From a virus (taxonomy: Duplodnaviria; Caudoviricetes), in IMG/VR virus record IMGVR_UViG_3300031578_000047, positions 1 through 53,510 of that record: a DNA stretch of 53,510 bases. The stretch is one strand, 5' to 3'. This document shows positions 8,645 through 16,647 of this stretch, piece by piece. The position numbers were made by a program, and so were the translations under genes. How positions within the stretch are numbered: position 1 is the first letter of the stretch; the number at the start of each line of letters is the position of its first letter. Under the pieces are notes generated by a model. It had not been told where the DNA came from. It did not search any database and saw only the letters and a program-made list of their open reading frames with translations.

Positions 8645-8881
8645 TCATCCGTGCTCCGCAATCAAATCTTTCATCTTGACTACCATGCGGTAGTAGATCG
8701 AGTCGGGCACAGTGCAACAAAACTCGCACTGGACCTGCTCGCCGTTGTGTTCGTACCAGCCTACATTCGTACAGCTCGGGCAACTCAACCCCTTGGAGAT
8801 GTCCACCATCTTGCGCAATTTCAGAAGCGCCTCGTACTCGGCCTTCTTTTCCATGTTGAGAACCTCAAAATCTCCAGTCAT
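8645..8881 (-). CDS. Zn-ribbon hypothetical protein (78 aa)
   Basis: CPSC...CEFC; ATGA overlap at 8878-8881. Confidence 0.65.
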   Translation of the reverse strand: MTGDFEVLNMEKKAEYEALLKLRKMVDISKGLSCPSCTNVGWYEHNGEQVQCEFCCTVPDSIYYRMVVKMKDLIAEHG

Positions 8882-9027
8882 TCCCAAAACATCCTCCAGT
8901 AACGATCCCGGTCCTGACGAGCTTCCCGGCGACCGATCGAGCGGCCAATGATGATGGCAAATATCGCAGAAAATATGCCTGCGCCATAAAAGGTCAGGGC
9001 CAGCAGGAAAACATCGAAGTCAGTCAT
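8878..9027 (-). CDS. Small single-TM membrane protein (49 aa; not in ORF track)
   Basis: MTDFDVFLLALTFYGAGIFSAIFAIIIGRSIGRREARQDRDRYWRMFWE; ATGA overlaps at both ends. Confidence 0.65.
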   Translation of the reverse strand: MTDFDVFLLALTFYGAGIFSAIFAIIIGRSIGRREARQDRDRYWRMFWE

Positions 9028-9347
9028 ACCTTGATAACATGGCTTTCCAAGCCATCCCCAACTCTGGCCATCTCTTTGGTTTCCTTGTTGTGCAGGCAGA
9101 GCTCATGCTTGCCATCACTGGCGTCGTCGATCATGGCTGCAGCAACCTGCATCATCAGGATTGTGGCCCTCAACCTGCCCTCGGCCTCGCTCATGGTGTT
9201 GGATCCGCTGGCGCACTGAGCGATGCCGTTTGTCTCAATGATTGTGACGCCAATGTCTGCGCAAGTGGCGGACATGATGTGCCTCTGAAACTCAGTAAGC
9301 TGCATCTGGATAATTTGATCGTAGCCCTCCGGCTTTTTCTCTTTCAC
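9024..9347 (-). CDS. Hypothetical protein (107 aa)
   Basis: GTG at 9347 with GAGGAG RBS (preferred over ATG 9401, which lies inside the RHH gene). Confidence 0.65.
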   Translation of the reverse strand: MKEKKPEGYDQIIQMQLTEFQRHIMSATCADIGVTIIETNGIAQCASGSNTMSEAEGRLRATILMMQVAAAMIDDASDGKHELCLHNKETKEMARVGDGLESHVIKV

Positions 9348-9366
9348 GTTACTCTCCTCGCGTTGG

Positions 9367-9519
9367 TTAAATCGGGATCTTCGCCTTCTTGGCCTGCTCA
9401 TGTAGATAGCGCCTAAACCACTCGGACTTGCTCAGTCCCTTGCGCTTGGCGAGCTGACTTAATGCCACCGACTCTTGTGGCGTAAGACGAACATCTATGT
9501 GCTTTGATTTTGTGTCCAT
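9367..9519 (-). CDS. Ribbon-helix-helix (CopG/Arc-like) transcriptional regulator (50 aa; not in ORF track)
   Basis: MDTKSKHIDVRLTPQESVALSQLAKRKGLSKSEWFRRYL: beta-strand IDVRL, helix, GLSKSE turn, helix; first gene after the leftward promoter. Confidence 0.82.
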   Translation of the reverse strand: MDTKSKHIDVRLTPQESVALSQLAKRKGLSKSEWFRRYLHEQAKKAKIPI

Positions 9520-9532
9520 GGTGGTATACAGT
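9504..9532 (+). promoter_or_regulatory. Candidate rightward sigma70 promoter for the recombination operon
   Basis: TTGATT (9504-9509), 17 bp, TACAGT (9527-9532). Confidence 0.45.
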
Positions 9533-9556
9533 ACCGACAGTTGTACCGACAGTCAA
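9528..9556 (-). promoter_or_regulatory. Leftward sigma70 promoter, near-leaderless for the RHH gene, with tandem operator-like repeats in the spacer
   Basis: TTGACT (9556-9551), 17 bp, TACTGT (9533-9528), 8 nt before the ATG; direct repeat GTACCGACAGT at 9531-9541 and 9543-9553. Confidence 0.7.
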
Positions 9557-9579
9557 TAACCTACGCGAGGATAAAAACG

Positions 9580-10629
9580 ATGAACGAAAATTCAGATTTC
9601 ATACCTGATGACGGCGAAACCACAGAGGCCAAGCCGAAACCAATAGTGCGCTTCAACATCAATGACCAGCGCATCGCTGAGCTAAAAGAGGAGTGCAAGG
9701 ACGTCGATGCCTACAAGGACTTCGACGCCGCCAAGGAAGCCAAGTCAAAGCTCACCAAGATGCGCTCCGCTCTGACTGAGTCACACAAGACGGTCAAGGC
9801 TGATGCACTGGCGTACTGCCAGCTCGTCGACGGCGAGAAGCGCCGCCTGCTGGAGCTGATCGCAGAGATCGAGGACCCAATCACCAAGCAGCTCAAGGAG
9901 ATCAAAGAAAAAGCTGACCGTGAGGAGGCCGAGCGTGTCGCCGCTATCATGGGGCACATCGAGCAGATCCAAGCCTTCTCTCTGGATCGCCACAGCCTCA
10001 CCCTGGCTGAGCTCAACCAGCGGCTCGAGACCCTGCTGACTCTCGAGATCACCGAGGAGATCTACCAAGAGCACCTCGAGGACGCGGAGAACGCCAAGGT
10101 TGTAGCCGAATCCAAGCTGCGCATCGAGATCACCGCCGCCGAGGAGCGCGAGGCCGCCGCCAAGAGGGCCGCCGAGCAGGAGGAGGAGAACCGCGAGCTG
10201 CGCGAAAAAATGGCCGCCATGGAGGAGGAGCAGCGCAAGAAGGACGAGTTGGTTGCTAAGCAACAAGCCGAGCGCGATCGTGAGGCCGCCGAGCAGCTCC
10301 GCAAGGAGAACGAGAAGAAGCAGGCCGAGCTCGACAAACAGGCCAAGGAGCAGGCCGAAAAGCAGGCAGCCATTGACGCCGAGAACAAGCGCCTAGCTGA
10401 CGAGAAGGCCGAGGCCGACCGCAAGGCCGCCGAGGAGGAGGAAGCGGCTCTCAGGGCCATACAGGCGCCTGACAAGGACAAGATTGTCCTATTCGCTGAT
10501 GCCGTGGCACATCTCATCAAGGTCAAACCAACCCTGCAGTCGGATCTCGGCAACGAGATCATGCTAAACGCTGTAGCCAATCTAGTTGAGATCGAGCACG
10601 ACCTGCGTGCCCGGTCGGAGGAACTGTAA
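9580..10629 (+). CDS. Long coiled-coil protein (DUF1351-like position upstream of ERF), 349 aa
   Basis: GAGGA RBS; E/K/A/Q-rich heptads. Confidence 0.8.
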   Translation: MNENSDFIPDDGETTEAKPKPIVRFNINDQRIAELKEECKDVDAYKDFDAAKEAKSKLTKMRSALTESHKTVKADALAYCQLVDGEKRRLLELIAEIEDPITKQLKEIKEKADREEAERVAAIMGHIEQIQAFSLDRHSLTLAELNQRLETLLTLEITEEIYQEHLEDAENAKVVAESKLRIEITAAEEREAAAKRAAEQEEENRELREKMAAMEEEQRKKDELVAKQQAERDREAAEQLRKENEKKQAELDKQAKEQAEKQAAIDAENKRLADEKAEADRKAAEEEEAALRAIQAPDKDKIVLFADAVAHLIKVKPTLQSDLGNEIMLNAVANLVEIEHDLRARSEEL

Positions 10630-11381
10630 TGTCAGAAGAACAAGCAATCTACGCCGCGCGCTCCAATACGCCACTACTTGACGACCTTGTCCACAGAGTC
10701 AAGAACGTCGAGTCCCTTCTCACCAATCAGGCAGCGCCAGCTCCACAGCACGACAAGCTGTTCGCCGCGCTGGCCATAGCTCAGGGCCAGATCCAGTCCG
10801 CTATCGCTGACAAGGAGAACAAGCACTTCAACTTCAAGTACGCGGATCTCGATGCCTGTTGGGATGCCTGCCGCAAGCCGCTGTCTGAGAACGAGCTCGC
10901 GGTCGTGCAGCTCCCATCGGTCGGCCCGGACGGTGCCGTCACAGTCAAGACTATCCTCGGCCACAGCTCCGGGCAGTCGATCTCCTGCACGTACACGATG
11001 CACCCGGAGAAGTCCGGGCCCCAAGCCCTCGGCTCCTGCATCACATACCTGCGGCGCTACACGCTCTGCCCGCTGGTCGGCATTAGCCAGGAGGATGACG
11101 ATGCCAACATGGCCACCAAGGATCCAAGCGAGTACACGCGAATCACCAAGATCCAGATGAACGAGATCCTGTTGCTGGCCAACAAGCTGTTCGGTGATCG
11201 CGAGGACGAGGTTCTTGACCGGATGCTGCAAAAGCTGTTCGAGGGCTGCGCCATCAGCGACCTGCCGGCCGACAACTACGATCAAGTGGTCGGGCTGCTT
11301 AACAATCAGGCCAAGCGTGAGGCGGCACAGGCGCAGAAGAAAGCAGAGAAGGAGGCGGACGAGCCAGCCGCCAAGAAGTAA
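10629..11381 (+). CDS. erf: ERF-family single-strand annealing protein
   Basis: NKHFNFKYADL...LGHSSGQ...PQALGSCITYLRRYTL...EDDDAN. Confidence 0.92.
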   Translation: MSEEQAIYAARSNTPLLDDLVHRVKNVESLLTNQAAPAPQHDKLFAALAIAQGQIQSAIADKENKHFNFKYADLDACWDACRKPLSENELAVVQLPSVGPDGAVTVKTILGHSSGQSISCTYTMHPEKSGPQALGSCITYLRRYTLCPLVGISQEDDDANMATKDPSEYTRITKIQMNEILLLANKLFGDREDEVLDRMLQKLFEGCAISDLPADNYDQVVGLLNNQAKREAAQAQKKAEKEADEPAAKK

Positions 11382-12044
11382 ATGGACTGCCGCATTATCC
11401 GAGTCGAGCAGGGATCTGACGAGTGGCTGGCACTACGCCGCTCGCGGATCACCGCCTCGAGACTGGGCGATGTCATGGCCAAGCCAGACACCAAGCGATA
11501 CCAGAAGTATCGCCGGGAGAAGGTGCTGGAGCTCCTCGGCAACGAGAACGTCGAGGAGACTCCAGAGTGGGCCAGACACGGCCGGGAGAACGAGGACAAG
11601 GCCATCGCCGGCTACGAGTACAAGTACGAGGTCGACGTCGAGCACAATGTCTTTATGATCTCAAAGAAGTACGACTGGCTGGCGGCAAGCCCAGACATGC
11701 TGCAGATTGCACCCGAGGCTGAGGAGGAGTTCGATCAGGGCGCGGAGATCAAGTGCCGCGCGCTGTACAAGAACTACAAGGCGGCCCGGGCGCTGGCGGT
11801 CGACAAGAAGGGCTCGATAGCGGCTTGTCCAGCCTGCGATCGGCACCAAGTCCAAGGCAACATATGGGTATCAGGGTGGCGCTTCTGGTGGTACGTGAAC
11901 TACTACATCGGTGACGATCTCGAGGGTGGCTTGGTGAACAAGATCCATCGCGTCGGGATCCCGCGCGATCAGAAGTTGATCGACCAGATGGAGGTCAGAT
12001 GCCTGCAGTTTATGAAAGAATGCTACGAGCTTGCTGGCATGTAG
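11382..12044 (+). CDS. YqaJ/lambda-exonuclease family 5'-3' exonuclease
   Basis: EQGSDEWLALRRSRITAS, GRENE, ASPD, EIKC, HQVQ. Confidence 0.9.
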   Translation: MDCRIIRVEQGSDEWLALRRSRITASRLGDVMAKPDTKRYQKYRREKVLELLGNENVEETPEWARHGRENEDKAIAGYEYKYEVDVEHNVFMISKKYDWLAASPDMLQIAPEAEEEFDQGAEIKCRALYKNYKAARALAVDKKGSIAACPACDRHQVQGNIWVSGWRFWWYVNYYIGDDLEGGLVNKIHRVGIPRDQKLIDQMEVRCLQFMKECYELAGM

Positions 12045-12063
12045 CCTAACCAAGGAGAAAATA

Positions 12064-12375
12064 GTGAGTGATCCACAAGTACCAAATGAGTTCGTCGATG
12101 GCCCAGATCAGGAGCCGTTACCGGAAACTATCGAGGCGGCAGTAAAGAACGCCATTGCTGCCAAGACGCCACAGCGCATAGAGCTGAGGCCATGTCCGTG
12201 CGGAGAGTTATCCGTCACGCTGATGATGGATGCCGCGCCAAACTCAAAGATCGGCCGCGCAACCTGCGGAACCTGCGGCACATGGGGAGTCGATTTTCTT
12301 GTGCCGCGTAGCCAGGACCAGAACCTCGTTGGCATGAAGGCAGCAGAGGCATGGAACGAGGCGCCGCGTGGGTAA
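12064..12375 (+). CDS. Lar/Ral-like restriction-alleviation Zn-finger protein
   Basis: ELRPCPCG...CGTCG...AAEAWN; AAGGAG RBS with GTG start. Confidence 0.6.
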   Translation: MSDPQVPNEFVDGPDQEPLPETIEAAVKNAIAAKTPQRIELRPCPCGELSVTLMMDAAPNSKIGRATCGTCGTWGVDFLVPRSQDQNLVGMKAAEAWNEAPRG

Positions 12376-12475
12376 GTGGCTGCCTTGGGTTCTGCTGGTC
12401 TTGCTGATGGCGGGATTTGGGCTGGCCCTGTTAATACTCTGGTGGTTTAGCAATGGCGGTCTAGTTATGATGTGA
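12368..12475 (+). CDS. Hydrophobic 35-aa membrane peptide (not in ORF track)
   Basis: MGKWLPWVLLVLLMAGFGLALLILWWFSNGGLVMM; GAGG RBS; last ORF before the terminator. Confidence 0.5.
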   Translation: MGKWLPWVLLVLLMAGFGLALLILWWFSNGGLVMM

Positions 12476-12529
12476 CTTCTTTCCTCGCGGAAGGAATGCG
12501 GAGCCCGACCGTACTCAACTCAGGGATTT

Positions 12530-12555
12530 AGGCGCCAGCAATGGCGCCTTTTTTT
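12530..12555 (+). terminator. Intrinsic terminator of the recombination operon
   Basis: AGGCGCCA-GCAA-TGGCGCCT followed by a T-run, at the convergence with the late operon. Confidence 0.88.
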
Positions 12556-12745
12556 ATTGCTGGACCTTGCCCTCGAGGCGGGCTAATGAGCGAGAGATCC
12601 CCGGGACCTGAGAGCACACAAACTCAACGTGCTCAACCTTGCCCTCGAGGCGGGTGATTCGCCGCTCTCCGCGCAGGGCGGCCCCTACTATGATGATAAC
12701 AAGCACGATCGTCTGGCCAATGATCCACATAGCAAACTCATTCAT
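12554..12745 (-). CDS. Small N-terminal TM protein (63 aa), lysis-module accessory
   Basis: WIIGQTIVLVIIIVGAAL TM; RLEGKV duplicated (19-bp direct repeat 12564-12582/12636-12654). Confidence 0.65.
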   Translation of the reverse strand: MNEFAMWIIGQTIVLVIIIVGAALRGERRITRLEGKVEHVEFVCSQVPGISRSLARLEGKVQQ

Positions 12746-13032
12746 GGCGCGGTCAGGTCTCGAAGCAGGTCCTCGAGGTCCCTGACCTCCTCCTTCAGGA
12801 GCTCTACCCGGGTCTTGGTCTCGACCAGCTCGCCATTGATCTCAGCGAGGCGGGCCTTGTAGGTCTTGCCAGAGTCAGTGACCAGAGTCTTGTTCAACAC
12901 AATGAGTATCTGATCCTCAGTGATGGCCGCGGTGCCCTTCTCGAACACGCCCATGAAGAACGCTCCAACGCCAAACACGATCGCCGTGATAACGGCGACA
13001 GCAACCTTCTCAAATATCGGCTTAGTTTCCAT
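12742..13032 (-). CDS. N-terminal TM plus coiled-coil protein (96 aa)
   Basis: [22 protein letters not shown] followed by a heptad C-terminus. Confidence 0.7.
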   Translation of the reverse strand: METKPIFEKVAVAVITAIVFGVGAFFMGVFEKGTAAITEDQILIVLNKTLVTDSGKTYKARLAEINGELVETKTRVELLKEEVRDLEDLLRDLTAP

Positions 13033-13966
13033 CCTTGGACCCCTTCTCGTTCAGTCGCTTGTTGATGGCTGCGCGACGAGCTGCCTCAGCCTCCTGTTTT
13101 TTTCTCAGCTCCTCGGCCTCTGCCTTCAGTCGCGCCAGCTCAGCGTCATTGGCTTCACGCTCTGCCTTGATGGAGTCGAGCTGGTTCTGCTGCTGCGCGA
13201 AACGGCGCTCTTGCTGCTCAAGATAATCCTCGAGCTCCTCCTTCTGCACAGCCTGGGCAGTCAGCTCGTTGTACTCCTCCTCCCAAACCACGACCGCGCC
13301 GGCAGGGATAACTGGCTCCGCTGGTGGTGGCGCCGCTGCTGGCACAGGTGCGATGTGTGCCATGTCTACCTTCATCGTGCGGTTGCCACCAAACTCGAAG
13401 CCGAACGATCCCTGAATGGCCGTGTCGCCTCCAGCCCTACCAACACCAACAGTCAGCGCCGTGTTGCTGTCGTTGTCCAGCATGTAGGCAAAGCCCATGC
13501 CGAAGCCTGTCCTATTGCCGACGCGACTGGCGCCAAAGGTAAGGCGAGATGTCTGGTCTTGCGGCAAGTGAACCTGTATGGCCTGCGTTGCTGCAAGATA
13601 ATTTCTGCTCTCGTCGTACAGCTTGTTGACGTTGGTGATCCACTCTGTCGGAACCTCGCCGGCAGGACCTCGCTCTCCTTGTGGCCCGCGCTCACCCTGC
13701 TCACCCTGCGGACCTTGCGGACCTTGCGGGCCCGGAGGGCCTTGCTCACCCGGAGGGCCTTGCTCACCCGGAGGGCCCTGCTCACCAGGAGGGCCTTGCG
13801 GGCCCGGAGGGCCTTCGCCGCCGCAACCGTGCTCAATGAACCGAGGGTGCTCACAGTCGCCGTGCTCCTCACCGCCAGTCGCATTCGCTCTCTGCATGAA
13901 CATCACAAAGCAGGCAAGCACAAGCAGGCCAGCCAGCGTTAAATTGATTTTGTGGTGGGTTTTCAT
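13022..13966 (-). CDS. Signal peptide + collagen repeat + YadA-type anchor + C-terminal coiled-coil protein (314 aa)
   Basis: Sec signal ending ANA; 18 Gly-X-Y triplets; [13 protein letters not shown] helix plus four amphipathic strands ending GSFGFEF; 122 further residues. Confidence 0.75.
   Translation of the reverse strand: MKTHHKINLTLAGLLVLACFVMFMQRANATGGEEHGDCEHPRFIEHGCGGEGPPGPQGPPGEQGPPGEQGPPGEQGPPGPQGPQGPQGEQGERGPQGERGPAGEVPTEWITNVNKLYDESRNYLAATQAIQVHLPQDQTSRLTFGASRVGNRTGFGMGFAYMLDNDSNTALTVGVGRAGGDTAIQGSFGFEFGGNRTMKVDMAHIAPVPAAAPPPAEPVIPAGAVVVWEEEYNELTAQAVQKEELEDYLEQQERRFAQQQNQLDSIKAEREANDAELARLKAEAEELRKKQEAEAARRAAINKRLNEKGSKDGN
13652..13813 (-). repeat. Collagen-like Gly-X-Y repeat (18 triplets)
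   Basis: [12 protein letters not shown] tandem repeats. Confidence 0.95.
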
Positions 13967-14385
13967 AGTGCCGCTCCAATCAGGCCAAGCGCGATTATCC
14001 CCCGATAAAACCAGTTGTCCATCTTATGCGCGTGACGCTCGTCCTCGAGGAGGTCCTGCCTAATCTGTGCAAGCTGTTGCTCGAGCTTGCCGGCAGCGAC
14101 CAAGTGATCGTAGGCAGCATCAGATTTGCGCAGGCCATCAGCCATCAGCGCAGCTACCTCGGTGTTTGTTTCTGCGATCTCGACGTAACGTACAAAGATC
14201 TGCCAGCACTCCAGCGACCAAGCACCTGTCTCGCGATCGATGTCGCATAGCTCAGGGAGTGAGTCAGGATCCACGACCTCCTGCGTCTGGTCACGCTCGA
14301 CCGTCTGCCAGTCAGGGATCTGGTATCGCTCAGTCGCGCACCCGCTTATTAAAATTGTCAGCAAGATCAGCCAGGGTTTCATCAT
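13963..14385 (-). CDS. Outer-membrane lipoprotein spanin (o-spanin or u-spanin-like)
   Basis: [16 protein letters not shown] lipobox; overlaps the 3' end of the i-spanin gene; hydrophobic C-terminus [16 protein letters not shown]. Confidence 0.72.
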   Translation of the reverse strand: MMKPWLILLTILISGCATERYQIPDWQTVERDQTQEVVDPDSLPELCDIDRETGAWSLECWQIFVRYVEIAETNTEVAALMADGLRKSDAAYDHLVAAGKLEQQLAQIRQDLLEDERHAHKMDNWFYRGIIALGLIGAAL

Positions 14386-14659
14386 GGTCTCCGAGTTTCT
14401 CGAGGCGGGCCTTGGATTTCTCCTTGAGGGCTGCAGCCTTGGCCTTGTCAGCGGCAGCACCGGCCTGCAGTTTAGCTGCTTTCTCGAGATTCTTTTTGGT
14501 GTGATCCTGAACGATGACCTCGGCCTTGTGCTCTGCCTTCTTGGCGCGGCGCTCGAGGCGGGTAGATTTTGCGCCCGCGAGAACCATCAGGATAGCCGTC
14601 AGGACGGCGCCAGCGGCCGCCAGCCAGCCGATCGACTTTATCTTGGCCCAGAGGTTCAC
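14330..14659 (-). CDS. i-spanin (Rz-like) inner-membrane protein
   Basis: N-terminal TM followed by an Ala/Lys coiled coil; located between the holin and lipoprotein genes. Confidence 0.68.
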   Translation of the reverse strand: MNLWAKIKSIGWLAAAGAVLTAILMVLAGAKSTRLERRAKKAEHKAEVIVQDHTKKNLEKAAKLQAGAAADKAKAAALKEKSKARLEKLGDHDETLADLADNFNKRVRD

Positions 14660-14928
14660 CCTTGACCCTTGCCGCTGAAGCTATTGGCTGCAGCGCCCGT
14701 AACAATGGCGGTATAGAACGTCAGGCTACCATCCAAGGCCAGTCCAGCAGCGCCGCCGATCGCATAAAACATAACCATGAAGGTCTTGTAGGGATTCTCC
14801 ATCAGGTATCGCTTGAATGAGAACGTCAGGTCAGTCTCTCGCTGCTCGATCACTTTCTTGACAATGTGAGCAGCAACCCCAATGAGCAGGCCAACCGCTG
14901 TTACCCAGTACGCAGTAATTATTTCCAT
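14656..14928 (-). CDS. Putative holin (90 aa, 2-3 TM)
   Basis: AAGGAG RBS; hydrophobic segments; lysis cassette position. Confidence 0.65.
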   Translation of the reverse strand: MEIITAYWVTAVGLLIGVAAHIVKKVIEQRETDLTFSFKRYLMENPYKTFMVMFYAIGGAAGLALDGSLTFYTAIVTGAAANSFSGKGQG

Positions 14929-14970
14929 CTCGGTCTCCTTACCAAAACGAGCAGCCGGATCCTCGGCGCT

Positions 14971-15372
14971 TTATATCGACGACAGGCCCGCAGGAGCCAT
15001 CGGGACACGCGGGCCTATAGTAAAATTTATGCTGTTAGACGGCCCCGACTCCGCAGCAAGCAGGGTTGTGGTAGTTAGCTGGCAGGCGTAGTCGCCGGTA
15101 GGTAGTCCTGTCAGGTCGACAACGTCAGTGTGATCGCCAATAACCATGTCGATCTGCTTGACCTCTGAGCCGTTGCAGTAAAGCGTGTAGAAGTCCAGCT
15201 CTTGCTCGAGCAGCGGAGCTCCGTCCGTGTACTGACTTGGTGGTGTCCAGCTTATTGTGAGGCTTCCTGCCTGCTGAGCATATGCTGCTCGTAGCGTGAA
15301 CCCGCGATCATAGTCAATCGTCAGGCTTGCGAGGAGGGATACAGCCACAATCCATTGCAGCAATCGCTTCAT
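14971..15372 (-). CDS. Exported fibronectin type III-like protein (133 aa)
   Basis: Signal-like N-terminus; LTISWTPP...YTLY...LTGLPTGDY...ESGPSN FN3 pattern. Confidence 0.7.
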   Translation of the reverse strand: MKRLLQWIVAVSLLASLTIDYDRGFTLRAAYAQQAGSLTISWTPPSQYTDGAPLLEQELDFYTLYCNGSEVKQIDMVIGDHTDVVDLTGLPTGDYACQLTTTTLLAAESGPSNSINFTIGPRVPMAPAGLSSI

Positions 15373-15827
15373 CAGTCGAGTCTCCGTACTCCAAGAAGTC
15401 GTGATGCAGGATACCTTGAAATCTTCACCGTGTCCGACTGGTTGCCGCCGAGGATCTCGATGAGATCACCGGATCTGCCAGCATAAAAACCGACATGACC
15501 GGGTGCATCAGTAACCTCGGGCCCCGGCTGCTCACCCTTGCCTCGTTTGATGACGATGATGTCACCAGCCTCCGCGTCGTCTATCGAGATTCCAACGCCA
15601 ATGTTTAGCCAGGACCGAGCGCGCAGGTCCTTTGACCTCGGCAGGCGGGCAAGCCAACAGATGTAGTTCGCAAAGCCAGAGCACCACGGCACCTCGTCGT
15701 TGCTTGGCCATGCGTTATCGAGCTTTAGCATAGCCATGATCTGAGGGTTGTCGACGCTGCCGCCAATCTCCTTGATGCCAGTGAACCGCTGCGCCAAATC
15801 AAATGCGTGTCCGCGAGTAAATATCAT
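15372..15827 (-). CDS. TIGR02594-like NlpC/P60-CHAP cysteine amidase, probable endolysin
   Basis: NPQI, DEVPWCSGF, ARSW, GHVGF, ILGGNQSDTV. Confidence 0.85.
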   Translation of the reverse strand: MIFTRGHAFDLAQRFTGIKEIGGSVDNPQIMAMLKLDNAWPSNDEVPWCSGFANYICWLARLPRSKDLRARSWLNIGVGISIDDAEAGDIIVIKRGKGEQPGPEVTDAPGHVGFYAGRSGDLIEILGGNQSDTVKISRYPASRLLGVRRLD

Positions 15828-15988
15828 TCCGTTGTCCTCGAGTTGCGCACCCGCATCATCTCGTCAGCCATATCCGCACACTCCTCAATGGTGGGCTTGG
15901 TGGCATTCTCTCGGTAGTAGCCGGGGTGCATTGTCCAGCCAACCAACGTGCAAAAAAAGTCATCCCAAACCTCTTGATTCTCGTTCAC
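15824..15988 (-). CDS. Small hypothetical protein (54 aa)
   Basis: GTGA/ATGA coupling; GWTMHPGY...EECADMADEMM. Confidence 0.6.
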   Translation of the reverse strand: MNENQEVWDDFFCTLVGWTMHPGYYRENATKPTIEECADMADEMMRVRNSRTTE

Positions 15989-16647
15989 GCCGTCACCCAC
16001 GTTGTCTGGTCGGTCGTCCAGCGCCAACCAACCAGACCCCACTCGTCCTGGCCGTAATCGATACGCAGCATCCCGCGGATCTGATTGGTGTTTAGCGGAT
16101 CGCCATTCTCGTCGAGCTCATCCCATGCAGGATTTTGCCCCTTGTAGTCGTCGATGACGTTTTGACGAGCCTCACCAGAGAAGTGCCGCGGGCTGACCTC
16201 GATAATGGTGTTGCCGATGCGCTCTATTTCGAGGTATCTCGAGATCCCTTGCAGCTCCACCGGAACACCGGGCAGGCCAGTCTGCCGGTCCTCCACTGTC
16301 ATGCGGCCGTTCTGGTCAGTGGTTCCGAGTGTCTGACGCAGCGGGTTGTCGTTCAGGTAGTAGGTCCACGATGCCTGACCGTCTACCCATGGAGTAGCGA
16401 AGTAGCCGGGACGGTTGCGGATCCTGCCGCCGGGATGAGAAACCTTGAAGAAGCCGCCGCCGGCCATGCCATACAGGTTCATTATCGGCCGGATGCAGTA
16501 GTCACCTGCAGGGGCAACCACTCCGCAAGGGTACGCCTCCATACCGAGCCGAACGTGCAGCTCCAGCTTGTTTAGGATCCACCGTTCCGAAGGATCTATC
16601 AGTGGCCAGAGGGCATAGTCGAGAGTGTATGGTTTTTGGATAATCAT
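15985..16647 (-). CDS. ATP-grasp-like protein (220 aa)
   Basis: YCIRPIMNLYGMAGGG (KP..G.G-like loop), PWVDG, LEIERIGNTIIEVSPR (E-x-N/S-x-R-like). Confidence 0.5.
   Translation of the reverse strand: MIIQKPYTLDYALWPLIDPSERWILNKLELHVRLGMEAYPCGVVAPAGDYCIRPIMNLYGMAGGGFFKVSHPGGRIRNRPGYFATPWVDGQASWTYYLNDNPLRQTLGTTDQNGRMTVEDRQTGLPGVPVELQGISRYLEIERIGNTIIEVSPRHFSGEARQNVIDDYKGQNPAWDELDENGDPLNTNQIRGMLRIDYGQDEWGLVGWRWTTDQTTWVTA

Noticed and set aside
9024-9401. Arg-rich N-terminal extension MSRPRRRRSR of the 125-aa ORF
   Set aside because: Overlaps the RHH gene in another frame; GTG 9347 has a strong RBS
13652-13813. Tandem repeat resembling a CRISPR array or VNTR
   Set aside because: 9/18-bp periodicity without spacers; fully explained by collagen codons
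12920-13942. 340-aa + strand ORF and the other long antisense ORFs (27793-28926, 41503-42429, 38036-38872, 23758-24564, 3780-4496)
   Set aside because: Shadow frames of GC-rich genes on the opposite strand, with no motifs or RBS
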